From the human T2T-CHM13v2.0 reference genome, Homo sapiens: DNA of 64,000 nt. Shown piece by piece: positions 14,160-27,809 of the stretch (position 1 is its first letter; each line of letters opens with the position of its first letter). The notes beneath the pieces are model-generated. The model had not been told where the DNA came from and did no database searches. It saw only the letters and a list, made by a program, of their open reading frames with translations. The stretch lies in the NCBI RefSeq assembly GCF_009914755.1, contig NC_060931.1; one strand, written 5' to 3'. The translations under genes and the position numbers were made by a program.

Positions 14160-17100
14160 TTATCCTTTTAAAAGGTCACTGTGGATGCTGCATGGATAAT
14201 GGATTATAAGGGTAAGAATAGAAGTAGTGTGACCAGTTAGGTGTCCTATGAAATGGTACAGGTGAGAGATGATAGTGGCTCAGACTGCAATAGTAGCCAT
14301 GGCTGCTATTAGTGGTATATTTTAGAAGTAGACAGAAGACTCACTCATTGTTTAGACAGACTGAAGTGCTGGGGTAAGGAGAAGAGTATTGTCAGAGATT
14401 TTAACCTGAACAACTTGGTGTGTCTCTTTTTTTGTAATTGAGATTTTATTGGTTGTGTGATAATTAGTATATACATTTCAATTTGTACACCATTGATGAG
14501 ATGGGGAGGATCATGATTTGAGGAGAATGAACAAAGTATCTGTTATGGAAAATGCTTACTCAATATTTAGGTGAAGAAGTCAGGTAGGATACAGAAGCCA
14601 GAGAAAGTCTCAGGCAAACATGTTCCAGAGAGCGAGAAAACTGTAAGTACAGAGGCTAGAATAAGCTTGATGAATTTTAGGACCGGCAAGAGAGCCAGTG
14701 TGTTTGGAGAGTGGAGCAAGAGAGACACACTGGTAGAACAGAGATCACAGAGATGACTCCTATAGGCAGGATCATTTATGGCCTGAAGGTCATGCAAGAT
14801 AATTTGGATTGCATTCTAAGTGTGGCAGGAAATCATTGGTGGATTTAACCCAAGTAAAATGGCCTGATCAACATTTGTAAAGTGATCACTTTGGTTGTTA
14901 TATGAAGAACCAACGGGGAAAGGACAGTGCAGAGAGCAAGAGTAGAAGAGGGAGATAAAAAGCTTACTAGGAGGCTTTCGGAGTCAGAAATACTGGACGT
15001 CTTACAATGTATGGCTGAGTTCTGTACCATGACAAACATTTACACCAATATTCCATGTGTTGTTTGAATACTCAACTGAAGATTCATGGAGGTAATAAAC
15101 CTATTTTCAATTCTATAATATATATAAATACAAACCATTTTTGCATAGTTTTATTGTACACTAAGTTTTTCAGGAATACAATTATTGCACATATTGAAGA
15201 AAATGTTGTACTTGTTTCGTTCAGAACTATAACAATAACTATTCACCATTTTATAAAATCAAGTCATTGATGGTAATGCCACCCCTGGTATTTAAATTGG
15301 TGTGGCCAATATCTCATACCAGTATATATCTGTGTTTGTAATTGCTATCTTATTGATTGCTCTATGTATAGGTATAAGCAACTGATTTCAACATGTCTTG
15401 TAGCATAGTAGTATCTATGCATTTACATATTGAAAGACATCTTATGGGGTACTATACTGATTTTTTGTAGTGTATATAGGTTACAGTATCTATGAATTTT
15501 ATTTCAGAGTGATAAACTATTGCTATATGAAGGAGGCTATTAGAGTGATAAGTTGAGAACCACAGATCTATATAATTATGGATAATCTGGAATCTTAAGT
15601 TTATGGTTATGACCAGTTTAGGCTAGATGAAATTAGAATTGGTAGTCTCTTATATCAATGTAATTTTCCCAGGAACACATAGCTAATCAGCCACTTGTGC
15701 TAGTTTTGAATTTAGCCCAGAGTGTCTCTAAAGCCCATATTCATTACCATTATACCATTATATCAGGGTAAAAATTTATTTTCAGAAGTTTATTCATTGT
15801 AGTAGAGTATGCTGCTTAAATTCTTGGTGCAAAGAAAATGTTTTAAAGCTGTGTCTCTATTAGCAATAAAATAAATTTGTTGATTCAGCCAATTTAGTGA
15901 TACAAATAATTACATTTGGAGGATTAGAACAGATCAAATTTTTTTGGTCCATTATATGATGAACAAAATCTGATTGTGGTTTCTTTTCACTCAGATCCAG
16001 TTGTTGAGATATCTTACAGAAAAGGCTAGGTTTTCTCATTTTTCATTTTAAACGTGAAAACAGGTTCCTATTTGTTTCTAATTATCTTCTCTTATCACAA
16101 ACTTGCCTCATACTTGGTTAGATAAATGCTTCAGGACTATCACAATGGAAAACATACATACTTTTATTTTAAGATTTTAAAACTACTAATTGTTTATTAG
16201 AAAAGATCTTCAGTTTTTATCTCTGATTTTCCCTTTGCAAATTCACATAGTGAAATGTTCTTTTTGGTGTCAATGTTTTATCTCATCAAGTACCAACAAT
16301 ATTATTATTCTGCAGAAGAATAGCTAAGAAGGAATTAACTTGGCAGTAATTCTCATAAAAAAGTAATTTTGAACAGATATGACAGTTTTGTGAGCCATTG
16401 TCCAACTATCACCAAAGCATTTTAATTTGAACGTTAAAAGAATTTGCAACAGTTAAGAAAGATAGTTGCTAGGGAATAATATATCAACACATTGTGTACT
16501 ATATCAAAGAGTTTTTTGATAGGGTTTTGATGATGGGGAAAATACAAGTTAAAATAATCTGTCTTCCGTTTGGGCCACTTTGCATTGGAAATTGATGTGG
16601 TTTTAAAAGATTGATTTTTAACGTTTCCTTTTTATTGTGGGGCAATCCACAATATCATGGAGGATTTCTTAATCTTCATGTTGCACCTTGCTCTTCATGG
16701 TGATTTGTGCTGTCTTTGTCTTATGGATAGAAAGGGAAGATCCACTTACTATGTGGAAGATATAGAAGAAATTAATTACACTGCCTGTGGTTATTATCTT
16801 CACAGAATCAAATTACTTGGTTTAGGAAATATTTCATGTGTTAAAAATCCAGTGTGAACCAGAGATACTGCACCTCAACCAAATGAATGGTGAAACCTGA
16901 AGATAAATTTTCTTTTCATTACTCTGCCTGTGAAAGGCAGCAGAGCACATGTTTAAAAGCTCTCCAGTGAGGCACCTGAGAGAAACTGTCATCGTTTCTT
17001 TACCAAATTGAATTGTAAACTCTTCCTATTTAGGATCGTTTATGAGCAGTTTGAATGTTATTTAACAAGCATAATGTTGTGGAGTAGTGTTACATATTGC

Positions 17101-17180
17101 CTAAGAAGGAGGTTTCTATTACTTCTATTTATCTTTTGCATCAGTGTTTGACAGGTAACAGATGAAATTCCTTTTCTAAA

Positions 17181-17244
17181 ATTAAATCAGGCTTCATTTC
17201 TGTCTTTCATCCATTAAATCAGGCTTCATTTCTGTCTTTCACCC
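17181..17244. repeat. Tandem duplication 2 x 32 bp
   Basis: attaaatcaggcttcatttctgtctttca(t/c)cc, 31/32 identical. Confidence 0.95.
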
Positions 17245-17574
17245 ATAAAGGATGAAACATCATTTGCTTCTTAGACAGTTCCTGTACTCTATCATCTTTC
17301 ATTACTTTTATAAGTTCTGTCATAAATGCTTTACCTCTTTGGCCTTGGCTTCTAACGGCCTATTATAGAGATAAGTGTCTGGGTTTGATAATATAAAAAC
17401 CTTAGATGTTGCTTTACCCTCAATTAAAAAGTACTTTAAAAGCAGCATTAGAGTACAATGTGGTCTTTCACTTTTTTATTATATTTGCCTTCTTAAATAG
17501 TTTTCGTTCTTTATGACCATGAAGAGCAGTGTTTGCAGAGAATTTGGGGTAGCTCCCTTTACTGAAGTCCATAG

Positions 17575-18620
17575 CTGTACACCTGCCTTCTGGACATCTT
17601 TACCTGGTTATCCCACAGCACCTTAAATTTAGCCTGATCACTGTTCCTTCCCATGTTTTCTCTATTACAGAAATTGGCAAATGATGGTCTCTGGGCTCAA
17701 TCTAGTCCACTGCTTGTTTTTGCATGGCCTTGTAAAGTGAGAATATTTTTATATCTTTAAATGGTTGAAATAAAATAAAAAGAGTAATATTTCATGATAT
17801 GTGAAATTTAGATGAAGTTAAAATTTCTTTGTCTATAAATAATGCTTTTTTGGAACACAGCCACACTTGGAAAGTTTCACCACTCTCTCAACTCCTAATC
17901 TTAAAACCACTGAATCACCTTCCAACCTTTCCTTTTATTCATATTCATATTCTGTTAATGTATATAAGGCATATCTCCAAGGCCAAACTTCTCTTTACTG
18001 TAACCTTTATCTCTTGCCTGGACGATTGCAATAGTTTTCCATAACTCCTGCTTCTCTTCAATAAAATGTAATTCTATAATGGTATCAGAATTATCATCTC
18101 ATGAGCATTAATAAATTAGATCATTTTTCTCCCATGTTAAAGATGTCATTGGGATCCTTCTTTCCATAGAACCCAGTCCAAACTCCTTAGCACTGTAACA
18201 AATTCTTTCATTCATTGGCCCTGATTCTTTTTCTAGTCTCATCTCCTGTGGCTGCCTGTTCCCTCCTCTTGCACCTCTTGCATCTTAAATTCCTACAAGA
18301 CAGTACTTCTTATTGTTCTCCCCCAATATGTTGATTTCTTTCAAGATTCTCTGCCTTCGTAATGCGGCTGTCTTATCTTTATTCCCCTTTTACTACTTTT
18401 TACATAGCAAACTTGATTTAAGTTTTTGAGATTCAGCTTAAATGTCACATTTAAGAATCCTTTTCAAGGGCTTTCAGGTAAAATTAAGTGTTCTCCCACT
18501 GAATTTCTGCACTTGTGTTTTAATCATCTATGTAGAAGTTGGAGCTCTTCCCCATTTTGTATCCTCAGAACCTAGCATTTGTTACAAAGATAGTCAGTAA
18601 ATATTTGTTGGCTGAATAAG
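17575..18620 (+). mobile_element. L2 relic containing a MER58 insertion
   Basis: ctggacatctttacctggttatcccacagcaccttaaa... ending cagtaaatatttgttggctgaataa (L2 3' end). Confidence 0.6.
17668..17867. mobile_element. MER58B-like hAT-Charlie fragment
   Basis: cagaaattggcaaa...aaatggttgaaa...ttggaacacagccacact. Confidence 0.7.
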
Positions 18621-19099
18621 TGCTCATTTACTTTAGAAAGATTCTTCAGTTTAATTCAGCAGAACCAAAATTCTAAAAATAATAACAATCAAGTCTATTA
18701 TTCTATATGGTCTGGAATGAACCTCTGAATCTTTGTGGGTGATTATCTAAAAGTCTCTGATAAGCATCTAGAACAGTCTTCCTTATTTAATTCTGTGGTT
18801 TCCTAACTTGCAAATTTATTGAATAAAATGTACCAATTTATCTGTTAACTATTTGCTTCCCAAATAATTATTCATGATCCCAATTAAAGAAAAAAAAAAA
18901 AGCCCTCCGTATTCTAACTTTTGTTGTCTGTGTTATGTTGATTTAGTTTTAATCAATGAATTAATTATTTCTATAGGCAATAGTTAAATTTTCAAATTCA
19001 GCTTTTTCTGGTGCTTTTTGGTATCTCAAAGATTAGAATGGCAAGAAGATCAGGTCATGTAGAAATAGTACATGGCTCTATCACCTCAAACTTTTATGC

Positions 19100-19210
19100 A
19101 AATTATCCTAGCTGGATCATTACATATTGCATACATGTATTGAAACATCACACTGTACCCCATAAATATGTACAATGATTGTGTAAATAATAAAATAAAA
19201 CTTAAAAAAA
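19100..19210 (+). mobile_element. L1MA 3'-end fragment
   Basis: tgaaacatcacactgtaccccataaatatgtacaat followed by an A-rich tail. Confidence 0.7.
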
Positions 19211-19729
19211 TTATGTGTTATGTTTCACTTATTCAAACCCGATATTTATTTGAGGAATTAGCTAAGCTTCTGATGTCCTATCATTCCCCATGCTCTGTCC
19301 TTGGATTCACATTACTGCTTGTTAGCATATCCATGGGAGGCTAGTCATGGGCCTTACTGAACTATTATATATGTGCCTTACATAGACTGGTTGGATGGGA
19401 AAGAATATAAAACCATCTAAATAAAGATTTTAAGATTATCTATGAGTTTCATTCTTCTATTATTTTCCTGGCTCCATTTAGTGTGGACAATAATGGTGAG
19501 ACAAACTTATAATTATATAGTTCTTTATACTTATTTAAAGTGCTTTCACCTACATTATGCCTCCTGCTAGGAAGGCATAGGTGGTACTGTTACAGAGATT
19601 TTTCAAGTGAAATGGATGCTCAGGAAAATGAAATTACTTTCTAAAACTCTTACAGTTAGAGATGTGATAAGAGTAAAACTTAGTTCCTGACTCCATGAAA
19701 CTTTTCTGATTTTTTCTTCATATAAAATA

Positions 19730-20295
19730 TGTGCTCATTATCCAACTATTGCCTCTGGGCTCTAAAACTACCCTTCCATACTCTGATCTGTGGTACAGGG
19801 ATAGGATTTGCAGGGTCCTGCTCTCCTTCATTAGATGGCCTCCTGTTAGTTTCTGCCAATAGAGGGCACATGAGGAGGCTAGACATTGCTGGAGGAAGAG
19901 AGGGATTTTACCTCTCCCTTTTTGCTGCTGTTTCTGTCAGCATATCCCTAGTAATTGAAGTTGAATGGAAACTTATCTTGGCCTTCCCCAAATCAGCCTC
20001 ATCATACTTCCTTAGAGCTACCAGCATCCACAAAGCAGTGCCTCTTCTCAGAGGTTCAAGTCCCAGCCCCTCCTGTGAACTTCTAGATTCTGATCGCTAC
20101 CACACCTCTCATATTTCTCAATACTTAGTCATGGTAGCTGCTTTCTGCAATTATTACGTCTGTGCTACTTTAGTGTTCCATTCATGCTTTCTCAGTCCCC
20201 TAATTTAATACCTGTGAAATCACTTCCCTAAGTTATATGCACGCTATTGAAATACCTGGTTTGGTTTTTGTTTTCCTGAAAAAATCCTGCATAAT
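19730..20295 (+). mobile_element. LTR33-like ERVL LTR (5' LTR)
   Basis: attgcctctgggctctaaaactacccttccatactctg...cctgttagtttctgccaatagagggcac...gttttcctga matches the LTR33 family. Confidence 0.7.
19853..19871 (+). promoter_or_regulatory. Candidate CTCF motif in the LTR
   Basis: tgccaatagagggcac fits the CTCF core CCNNNAGRGGGCRC. Confidence 0.45.
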
Positions 20296-23200
20296 GGTAT
20301 GCTTGTTATCAGGAGTAGTCACAGAAAATATACTCTGGGATTAGGTGATATTCTGGGGTTGGTTTGGTTATGTATTTGTCTTTGTCTTGGAAGCAGTACT
20401 GATTTTTTTTTGCTTATAGTATGCAGTGGCGCTCAATTAAATTATTATCTATGGTTGATTGAAATGAAGTGTCTGCTGAAGCAAGTTGTTGGAGGGATTA
20501 AATGGGTGGGATAGCTTTTTATGACTTCACTGAGGAGCTTTCGAAAAAGAAAAGGGCAAACTCCTTTCTTTAAACCCTTGTTTCAAATCACTGTTAGATA
20601 ATCAGAGAGCTTTCATAGCATCCCTGAAAGATTTTATTCCTTATTATTGCGGGCCAACCCACTAGAAAGAGACATAAAATTACACCACCCTCCCTTTGTT
20701 CAATTATTTCACCTGGGGAACTTGCAGTACAAAGGGATGTTTTTGTTTCCAAACCCCTTCCTATTACTTCCAGACCCAGAACTAGAATCAGATATCAGAA
20801 TACTCCAGAGGAAGAATGAAGTCTGACCCAGGATAAGATAACTTATATTCTAGAATGAATGAAAAATTTTGCTAATTTATATCAAAAGTTTCAAGGGTTT
20901 TAGACTAAGGAGGAGATATGTAATGATATATATATAGCATAAGGTTAAACTTACTGCTATGGTTAAATTGGCAGAAATTTGTGATTTCATGTTTTAGTTT
21001 GTTTAGTATTTTAGTTCCAGCTCTCTGCTGAAAGTGGTTGTAAAAATTTATCTGGTTAGTAACTGAAACTTTGACTCAGTGGTAGCCTAAATTCAATGAG
21101 GTTGAAATCCTAGAACTTCTGTGGCATACTATGAAGGAAGGAATAAAAGGGCATATGGAGGTAGGTAGGTATTTTGGAGTAGATTTATTCCATGTGTCTT
21201 GCACAATCGATTCTCTCCATGCCATCACCACCACACGAGACACTGTATTCTCAGAGAGATCCCAAAGGACATTCTTTTAACTTAAGCATTGAGAAATACA
21301 TTGACAAATAGAATGCCCCAGAAGTCACTCTCTTCTATAAGCCAGAGATGATGGTGGGAGATGCTGCCAATGAGATAGCTTCCTGAATTCACTGGGGTTT
21401 CTGGAATTCTACAGGGGCAAGGTAATTCCAAGTGGTAATGCCTAGCCTTTAGAATTAAGGGGAGACCATTAGTAGAAGGCAGGAGTAGCCAATTAGCATG
21501 GAGCATTTTTATTATCTGCATGGATTTTTTGGTTATAGATAATTATGGTATTCATAAAAGCAAATATATAAACACTTTTCTAAAATATCACTTAATCTGT
21601 AAAAAAAAAAAGATAAAATTGTAGGTCTGGTGGCCAGGAACTTGACTTGCATCACCACAGTGAAGGGTCCTGGCCTCTCACTGAGTTCGTAGGTTAAGTC
21701 AGCTTTCAGAACTGGAGGCAAAATCCTCCTAAAGGTGAATCCTAAAGTACTTTCACAAGTATATATAAAATCTTCCTTCAAGTTCTGCCCAAAAGGACCT
21801 GCAACCACTAACTAGGGTGACTATGCACTTGGGAGAGAGAAATGCCCAAAATATATAGGGATTAGTAAATGTTGTGTCTAAATTTATACTAATTCATGGA
21901 CCCAAAATGCTACTGCAGTCCACTAGTCAAAGTGGAGATTGTGCTTGTCCTGACACAGAGCCAGGACTAGGGTAAAGCAAGCCAGGCATGTAGGGCATAC
22001 AAAATTGTAGACTGCACTCACAGGTTTATGCAAGTGCTGAGTCTTCCTGAAGTCTCAATCCTGAATTAACAAATGGAGTTTTGCACACAGTTTATCCCCT
22101 TAGTGGGTCCATGGACCCATATTGAAATTACTTCTCTGGCATCTGTGTGAATAATTGCAACACACTCAAACGGCAACTGTCAGGTTCCATACATTTATCC
22201 CTGATTCATGAAGTGAAAGTTTTTCTGGCAGGATGGGACATGGGTAAACTTCTGGAACTTTTCATCCCTGCCAGGACGGTGAACCTAAAGTAGTACTGCA
22301 ACCCTAGAGAAACTGCAGATTAGTGCCACCACCAAAAGCTTGAAATATGCAGGGGTGGTGGTTTCCATTATGTCCTCATTTTATTTCCTTGGTCGTATTT
22401 TGAAGAAGATATATGTATCTTAAAGAATTACTGTGGATTATCTTAAATGTAATCAGGCATTGATTCCAGTTGCAGCTGTGGTCCCATATGCGGTTTCTTT
22501 ATTGAAGCAAATCAACGTAGCCCTTTGGACGTGGTGCACAGTAATTGATCTGGGCAATAGTTTTGTCTCTATGACTATTGCAAAGATCACCAGCAGCAGT
22601 GTGCTTTTACCTAGCAAGATCATCAGTGTATCTTTAAAGTCTTACCTCAGGGCTATGTCAACATTTCTCTCTGCCATAATTCAGTCCTCAAAGATTATGG
22701 TGGCACAAATCTTGGTTAGCTTATTTGGCTTTGGGGGACAACATAAACCACATTTCTTTGTTGCTCCACTGTGTCTACTGAGTAACTGAAAAGGCATCTC
22801 ATAGAAGGAAAAGCCTCTGCAGCTAGTAACACTGCAGTGCAAACTACTCTTCTACATAGGCCTAGTGTCCCAGTAGACATAATAATATTTGATGTATCTG
22901 GAAATGGAGATACTTGTGGAACTTCTTAAAAACCCTTATAGGAGAATTAGGGTTATAGTCTCTATGGTTTGGAGAAAAGCTATGTCAACTTCTGCAGTTA
23001 ACTAACCTCTTTTCAAAAAATGGTTCCTGCAAAGCTATCAGGCCTTGGTAGCATTGGAATACCCGAACATGGATCATCAAGTAACCGTGCAATTTTAGCT
23101 GCCATCATAAACTATTTGATTGGGCATGTGTGCAACAATTTATCATGTGTGGAAGAATATGTTAGAGACCAGGCTTAAGCAGATTCAGAAGGCACAAGCA

Positions 23201-23715
23201 GGTGTCTCAAACTTTTACTACATATAATCCTTCTGCATTACCTCTCCTCCCTCAATGCATAACTAAGCCCTCATGGGGGAATTTCTTAGGAATAGTTGAG
23301 TGCCAAGAGAAAAACTCGATTGAGGTACTTGAGTGATCCGTTTGAAATGGTCAGAGTGTGAAGATGTTGCATTCTATGTAAATGTTCAACAAAGGCACTG
23401 CCAGAGAACAGGCTCAGAACAACCATGTGGAATAGAAGACCCATCCTCTGGTTGTCAGTTGGCCTCTCTCCTCAGCCATTCTCATTCCGACTCAATGGGT
23501 TCATGGTCATGGTGGCCATGGAAGCAAAACTAGACACTATTCCTGGGCTCAACAACACGAATATTCCCTTACCAAGACTGGTCCAATTGCTGCCAGTCCT
23601 GAGTGACTAATCTGACAGTTGTAGAGGCTAAGGCTGTGTCCTCTGTGGGTACCCCATTGAAGAGGGAGGAGGAGTCCCTCTTAGGAGCAGATTGACTGTA
23701 TTAGACAGATTTGTT
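20296..23715 (+). mobile_element. Degraded ERVL-class internal region (HERV16/ERV3-16A3-like) with pol remnants; no 3' LTR seen
   Basis: ORF 22433 DYLKCNQALIPVAAVVPYAVSLLKQIN...WCTVIDLGNSF resembles ERVL RT (DYRKLNQVVTPIAAAVPDVVSLLEQIN...WYAAIDLANAF); ORF 23333 FYVNVQQRH resembles RNase H HVNAHQR. Confidence 0.8.
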
Positions 23716-23739
23716 TTCATTGTCTAAAAAATGTTTTTG

Positions 23740-23915
23740 AGATGCAGAATGGTGAGAGTGAGAAGGGGGTGAGTGATGAGAAATTAATGGGTACAATATA
23801 TATTTTTCACACGATGAATACACGAAAATTGCAGACTTCACCAGTACACAATATATCCATGTAACAAAATTGCACATGTGCTCCATAAATTTATAGAAAT
23901 TAAAAAACAAAAATA
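23740..23915 (+). mobile_element. L1PB/L1MA 3'-end fragment
   Basis: cagacttcaccagtacacaatatatccatgtaacaaaattgcacatgtgctccataaattt plus A tail. Confidence 0.75.
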
Positions 23916-24529
23916 TTTTAATATGTTTTAATGATTATTGACTATATTAGTTTGACTTTTACTATTTAAGCTAGAAACCTGTATCCTTGACTTCCATCTT
24001 TAATTTGCTCTCTAGCACTTCACACTCACTCCACCCAATATTTCTTATAATTACAAGGAATTTATTTGGCATTTGTAAACACATTATGCTTTTTAAGCTT
24101 CTAGCAGGCCCAGCTTTTCTATTCTACCTGGCCAAAATAATATTCAGTATTCAAGACCCATCTTAAATATCACATCCTTTAATTCCTGACAACATTTCCT
24201 ATGTATTTACAGCATAATATTTCTCAGGCTATTATTAAGACATGTTATAAGTGCATGTTTACCCCATCTAAATAGTATGTTCCACAAGGAGTTGCCAATG
24301 CTATTATTGCATCCTGTCCTTCTGCTTCCAACTCAATGACTATTATATTGTTGGTTCTCAGTATGTATTAATGAGTGAATGGAATATGGTGCTTTCCACT
24401 TTGTTTCTGCTTTTACCATTACATTGAATGGCAATGAGTATATATATATATACTCATCATCTCATACAGATCCATCAGGATCTGTAGGTCAGTTTGAATA
24501 ATGATAGTAAAGCAGTAAGACATATGAGA

Positions 24530-24665
24530 GATGAGCATTGGTCTAATATTCAAAGGCCTAACTCTAGGATTTGCTAGCTGTGTGACCTTGAGAAAGTCAC
24601 TTAACCTCCCTGAGCTTTGATTTCTTCTCTTCTAAAACTAGGCCTCTTTTAACTTTGTAATTCTA
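24530..24665 (+). mobile_element. MIR SINE
   Basis: tgctagctgtgtgaccttgagaaagtcacttaacctccctgagc core. Confidence 0.75.
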
Positions 24666-25191
24666 CTGCTTAATTACTCACTTCAAAAAAAGAAATAAAT
24701 TGTATTATTGGAACAATTAACTTTTAGAATTTCCCTTTCTTATTCTTTATTTTCATATAGTTTAATTACTTAAATAATGCAGATAAAAGCTTTTTTTTCT
24801 TTTGAAAATGATCAATGCTTAAAACTTTGCTAGGATACAAAACATAAATCTTTAAATAATTTAATATGCACTCATATATATGAATATGCAAATTTTAAAT
24901 GGAATTAATTTGAAGCTGAAAATATTTATAACATGCTGTTACAAAGGATTCATCCTACATTTGGAATCACTATAGTGACAAAGAGCCAAATCATGGTCTA
25001 TAAAGAATTCTTAATTCTTTTCTTCACTCAGAAAAATGATCAAACATGAGGAACCTGATGTCTGTTAGTTAATTCATTCAACTGACATGAAGGAAGATAT
25101 GTTTTTCCCCCTTTGCTTATCTAGGTGTTCTAAATTTTGTCATTCGGTCAAAATAGATTAAGAGATATGTGTACCTAGAATGCATGTTTTT

Positions 25192-25510
<319 letters not shown>

Positions 25511-25674
25511 TAGAATATGTGTTTCTCTATATCCACCCCATACAATTTTTTTTTTACAGAATTGCATTTACTGAATTGGTGGTATGCTATTATCATACTA
25601 TGAAGAATGCTATAAGGAAATTATGAAATTCACTTTTGATGGATTGTTAGCAAGAACATCCTTGATATTCTCTA

Positions 25675-25842
25675 TATCTTGCTACTCAACATGTGTTCCA
25701 TGACGAGCAATGCCGACAATACCCAAGAGCTTATTAAAAATTCAGAGCCACAGGCCCTACCTGTAGATGAACTGAGTCAGAATCTGCATTTTAACCAGAG
25801 GCTGAGGTGATCCATATGCACACTGAAGTGAGAGAAGCACTG
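25675..25842. mobile_element. MER5A-like hAT MITE
   Basis: gctactcaacatgtg...actgagtcagaatctgcattttaac...gtgatccatatgcacactgaagtgagagaagcactg. Confidence 0.8.
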
Positions 25843-27489
25843 GACACCATGACCAAATAGTGTCCTTTTTATGAGATTCCTCATAAAATTGGCTTATGAT
25901 AAAGTTTATTTATCTTAAAATAGTAATTATATGATATGACAGTATACATAATTAAGAAAAAAACTGTGCTTCTCCAAATAAGAGTATTTGTTATTGTTTT
26001 CAATCTTTTGAACACTGTTGATTGTTGGTTGATCTCATTTCCCTATCTGCTTTGGCAGTGTGTGCTACCACTTTTGAGTACTGTATGGTAGTCCTCTTTG
26101 AAAGTACTTTTCTTACCCTTTTATTTGTTGATTTGTATGTCATTCACATGCTCCCTTTGCCTTGATACCTTCAGTTTTTAAAATTGTTAAATGGTGTATT
26201 AGGTGCTTTGAATTCTTGGTGGGATGAGTATAAAGAAATAAAACCAAAATAAAGAGCCTAAATATTTCCAGGATTTGTTATATAACTTGAGCATTGCAAA
26301 CCTACTCTTTCCTCTTTGCCACCTACCTCTCTGTAACATCATAATTAACGTTCATTATGAAGATTTTTGAGGCACTCTGGGGGTTACAGTTATCAGAGAA
26401 GTATTAATTATACTCAGCACACTATACTGTACTTACTGAGCCAGAAACATGGACTAATATGTTTTATAAAGAATTTAAACAAGGGTGGAAAACCCAAAAG
26501 ATTTCTGACTAAATCAGAACATTCACTTCAATTAAAACATTCCATTTTATGAGAACACTGGTGAATATGAGTCTGTTAAGTCTTTATAGATAAATTATTT
26601 TTCTAGTCCTTTTTTAAAACCAAAGTACAATGATTTTCTAAGAATCTAGAAATTATTTACATCAAATTTGTACTGTTAAAACAAGTTTCAGGTAAATTCT
26701 GAGCTAATGTTAGGCTATATATCTTTACCAGCAGGCAGCCAAGTAGTTGAACTTACTGCCTCAGGAATCCATTGAACCAATAGTGGCTGAATAATTTTAT
26801 GACCAGTAATAAGGCTCACAAGTTATACATGCTAAGAGAGGGGTAATCAAATCTTATGCTTCAGGGCATAAATTAATCACTGCAGGGGTCAGAAAAGAAT
26901 CTCCTTTGCCCTATGAACAGAATTGAATAATTAGGCAGTATCTGTATTGATACTGTTTTAAAGCCTTGTTCTTAAGCATCATAATTGGTTTTAAGAACAA
27001 TTTTGTGACTTCGTGGGGGTGTTTGAGCTCTTGATTAGAAGAGGAGGGGTCCTGCAAGTTGAGCAGTTTATTCTGGCAGACAGAAAGGTTGGGCAGCTTC
27101 CTGATTCCACACTGTTCAACCTGATTTTCATTAAAAGCTCAAAGTCCCTGCTGTTAAAATGTCTCCAGGCAGCTGGGGCAAATGGGCCTCCTTGCCTATC
27201 TGGAAATCTTGTGGTGGGTTTTCATCTTTTAATCAATTCTTCCATGAGGGAGGAGGGATAGTTTACTAATGTGCGAGGTTTGTTCTCTGTCTTCTGCAAC
27301 TCATATTTTACATTTTAAAGAAGCATTTTTCTGGATTGAGGAATTAAGCCTTGAGTACTTTTTCAGGAAAACAAGATCAAGGGGAAACATGATAATCAAA
27401 TGACATTGAAGGCCAAAATCAACTGCCAAACTCATAAATCTTTTCAGGTTTTTCTACATGGTTGTTGAACAAAGCATGTCAACTGTTAC

Positions 27490-27809
<320 letters not shown>

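Noticed and set aside
19729-20208. 159-aa ORF
   Set aside because: It lies wholly within the LTR33-like LTR and has no recognisable domain.
22433-23610. ERVL pol ORFs as a possible domesticated gene
   Set aside because: Short, frameshifted and heavily deleted; no intact RT catalytic region is visible.
26966-27000. 10-bp inverted repeat ttgttcttaa/ttaagaacaa, and a similar one at 36454-36487
   Set aside because: Short stems of this kind are expected in 64 kb of AT-rich DNA.
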